DNA of 64,000 bases from an uncultured Actinomycetes bacterium. GTDB lineage: Bacteria > Actinomycetota > Thermoleophilia > Solirubrobacterales > Solirubrobacteraceae. Under the pieces are notes generated by a model. The model saw nothing but the letters and a program-made list of their open reading frames with translations, was not told the origin of the DNA and did not search any database. The stretch is taken from contig CAWJUS010000009.1 of NCBI GenBank assembly GCA_963846075.1, positions 85,534 to 149,533 of the forward strand. Direction: 5' to 3'. Shown piece after piece: positions 62,063 through 64,000 of this stretch. Within the stretch, counting starts at the first letter, position 1; each line of letters begins with the position of its first letter. The translations under genes were made by a program, and so were the position numbers.

Positions 62063-62989
62063 CTAGCTCGTTGCGCCGTTGATCTTCACCTCAGACGCCG
62101 GGATCGCGCCGCTCTGGATCCCCCACTTACTAAGGATCGACATGTACGTGCCGTTCTTCATGACCACCTTGAGCGCCGCCAGCACGGCCTTGTCGAGGCC
62201 GCTCGACTTGGGGATCGCCAAACCGTATGGGGCGCTCCCGTACGTTGGTCCGACGAGCTTGAACTGACCGTTTGACTGCTTCACCTGGTAGGCCGCGACC
62301 GGCGAGTCCGCCATCGAGATCTGCGCCCGCCCGCTGGAGAGCGCCAGGTTAGCCGCGGTCTGCGTGGGAAACACGAGCACGTTGACCGCCGGCTTGCCGG
62401 CCGCCTTGCACTTGCTGCTCTGCCCCTTGGCGTCCGTCTCCTCGGTCGTGCCGCTCTCCACCGAGACAGTCTTGCCGCACAGGTCGGCGAGTCCCGTGAC
62501 TGACGTTCCGCCGCTGGCCTTGGTGAAGAACGAGGTGCCGGCGACGAAGTAGTCGACGAAGTTGACCACCTTCTCCCGCGCCTTGGTGTCCGTGAACGAC
62601 GAGGCACCCATGTCGTATTTGCCCGATGAGAGCCCCGGGATGATCGTGTCGAACGTGGCGTTGGCGACATTGGTCTTGAGGCCCATCGCAGACGCCAGGG
62701 CCTGGGTCAGATCTGCGTCCATGCCGACCACTGTGTGGCCGTCTGGACCGATGAACTCGTTGGGGGCATAGCTCGCGTCGGCTGCCACGGTGACCGTCCC
62801 CTTGGACTTGATCGCCGCTGGAACGAGCGCCTCCACCGACGGGTTGGCGGCGACCGCCGGCGTAGAGCTCGTCGATTGGCTCGAAGAGCTGGTGGAGCTG
62901 GTCTTCTTGCTGCTACCACAGCCCGCAATGGCCACCGCGCACGCGATGGCGGCAACGGCAACGGGTGTGGCGATGAACGAACTGATCAC
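62063..62989 (-). CDS. Polar amino-acid ABC transporter substrate-binding lipoprotein
   Basis: GTG 62989 with SD; lipobox IAGC; DASYAPNEF, GMDADL, FDTIIPGL, SBP family 3 pattern. Confidence 0.9.
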   Translation of the reverse strand: MISSFIATPVAVAAIACAVAIAGCGSSKKTSSTSSSSQSTSSTPAVAANPSVEALVPAAIKSKGTVTVAADASYAPNEFIGPDGHTVVGMDADLTQALASAMGLKTNVANATFDTIIPGLSSGKYDMGASSFTDTKAREKVVNFVDYFVAGTSFFTKASGGTSVTGLADLCGKTVSVESGTTEETDAKGQSSKCKAAGKPAVNVLVFPTQTAANLALSSGRAQISMADSPVAAYQVKQSNGQFKLVGPTYGSAPYGLAIPKSSGLDKAVLAALKVVMKNGTYMSILSKWGIQSGAIPASEVKINGATS

Positions 62990-63089
62990 TGGGCTCCCCT
63001 CTGATCGACGGGCGCAGCATATGCGACCCGGGCGCGGCCCGGTCGCGCTCGTCGAGTCGGCCCGGGATCGCTCGCGTAGCCTTTCCCCC

Positions 63090-63755
63090 ATGCACGTACG
63101 GGTCCGACTGTTTGCCGCGCTGCGCGAGCGCGCCGGATCCGCGGAGGTGGAGGTCGAGCTCCCGGAGGGGGCGTGCGTGGCCGACGCGCTTGAGCGCCTG
63201 CAGGCGCTAACCGAGGGTACGCCGGTGGTTATGGCGGTCAACCAGGAGTACGCCGACGCGGGGTCACCGTTGAACGCCGGGGACGAGCTCGCGCTGATCC
63301 CGCCCGTATCCGGGGGGTCTTCTCCGCCGGCGTCGCGGAGCTCGAAGGCCGGCGTTCTATACGTCAGGATCAGCGAACAGCCGCTGGAGCCGAAGCGACT
63401 GATCGAGCGCGTGCGCGACGCCCATGCCGGCGCGATCGTGGTGTTCGAGGGCGTGACCCGCGAGGTGGAGCAGCTTGAGTACCAGGCATACGCCGAGATG
63501 GCCGAGCGCCGGATCGCGGAGATTGTCTCGGAGGCCGCCGGCCGTCATGGCCTGAGCGCCGCGGCCGTTGAGCACCGTGTGGGAATCGTGCCGCTGTCCG
63601 AGCCCTCCGTGGTCGTGGCTGTATCGGCACCGCATCGCGAGGCGGCGTTTGCCGGCGCCCGGGAGATCATCGACCGCACGAAGGCCGAGGCTCCGATCTG
63701 GAAGAAGGAGGAAGGGCAGTGGGTGCGAGGCGCGGTACCGACCAGCGGTCGCTGA
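63090..63755 (+). CDS. moaD-moaE: Fused molybdopterin synthase MoaD-MoaE (MoaX-type)
   Basis: VRLFAALRE...LIPPVSGG (MoaD), linker, then GAIVVFEG, HRVG, SAPHR, PIWKKE (MoaE). Confidence 0.9.
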   Translation: MHVRVRLFAALRERAGSAEVEVELPEGACVADALERLQALTEGTPVVMAVNQEYADAGSPLNAGDELALIPPVSGGSSPPASRSSKAGVLYVRISEQPLEPKRLIERVRDAHAGAIVVFEGVTREVEQLEYQAYAEMAERRIAEIVSEAAGRHGLSAAAVEHRVGIVPLSEPSVVVAVSAPHREAAFAGAREIIDRTKAEAPIWKKEEGQWVRGAVPTSGR

Positions 63756-64000
63756 GAGACCTTCCCGCGGTCCACGAGCTGGCATCGGAGCTCGACGGTC
63801 CGCACGCGCTCGCGGTGGCCGTGGCGCGCGAGGTGATCGCGGCGCGAAGGCGGGAGCTCCTCGCCGGCGCCGACGGCGAGGAGGACGTGCTGTCGCGTGC
63901 GAGGGCCCTGCTCGCGCGCCGCCGCGAACCGTCGCTTCGCCGGGTGCTGAACGCGACGGGGGTGATCATCCACACCAACCTGGGCCGCGCACCGCTCGCG
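63719..64000 (+). CDS. selA: L-seryl-tRNA(Sec) selenium transferase, 5' part
   Basis: Hand translation: LRDLPAVHEL...SLRRVLNATGVIIHTNLGRAPLA, the SelA signature; GTG 63719 follows AAGGAGG. Confidence 0.9.
   Translation, partial: MGARRGTDQRSLRDLPAVHELASELDGPHALAVAVAREVIAARRRELLAGADGEEDVLSRARALLARRREPSLRRVLNATGVIIHTNLGRAPLA

Overview
High-GC actinobacterial chromosomal segment; gene content and style suggest Thermoleophilia/Solirubrobacterales (inference). It is mostly housekeeping: metF, gltA, dcd, sucCD, acyl-CoA carboxylase alpha/beta/epsilon, methylmalonyl-CoA mutase, a sir-cysH-cysD-cysN sulfate-assimilation operon, gad, ligC, a DtxR-type regulator, an amino-acid ABC transporter, a moaD-moaE fusion and the start of selA. 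Many genes, including core ones, carry single-base frameshifts. These are densest at about 31-37 kb and are best read as sequencing/assembly indels. The stand-out locus (20.6-28.2 kb) is a compact, translationally coupled type IV secretion-like operon (pilin-like, VirB6-like, SCO6880/PrgI-like, an unannotated 43-aa membrane protein, VirB4, VirD4, small Trp-rich protein). It has no relaxase, integrase, cell-wall hydrolase or att sites in the window. It is transcribed divergently from an orphan ECF sigma factor across an 89-bp palindrome that reads as two mirror-image promoters with a conserved 16-bp spacer. Inside the operon a 26-bp tandem repeat forms a chain of four 9-codon mini-ORFs linked by stop/start overlaps. 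Candidate structured RNA leaders precede gad and gltA. No tRNA, rRNA, CRISPR array or transposase was recognised. Family assignments are from motif recognition only; no searches were run.
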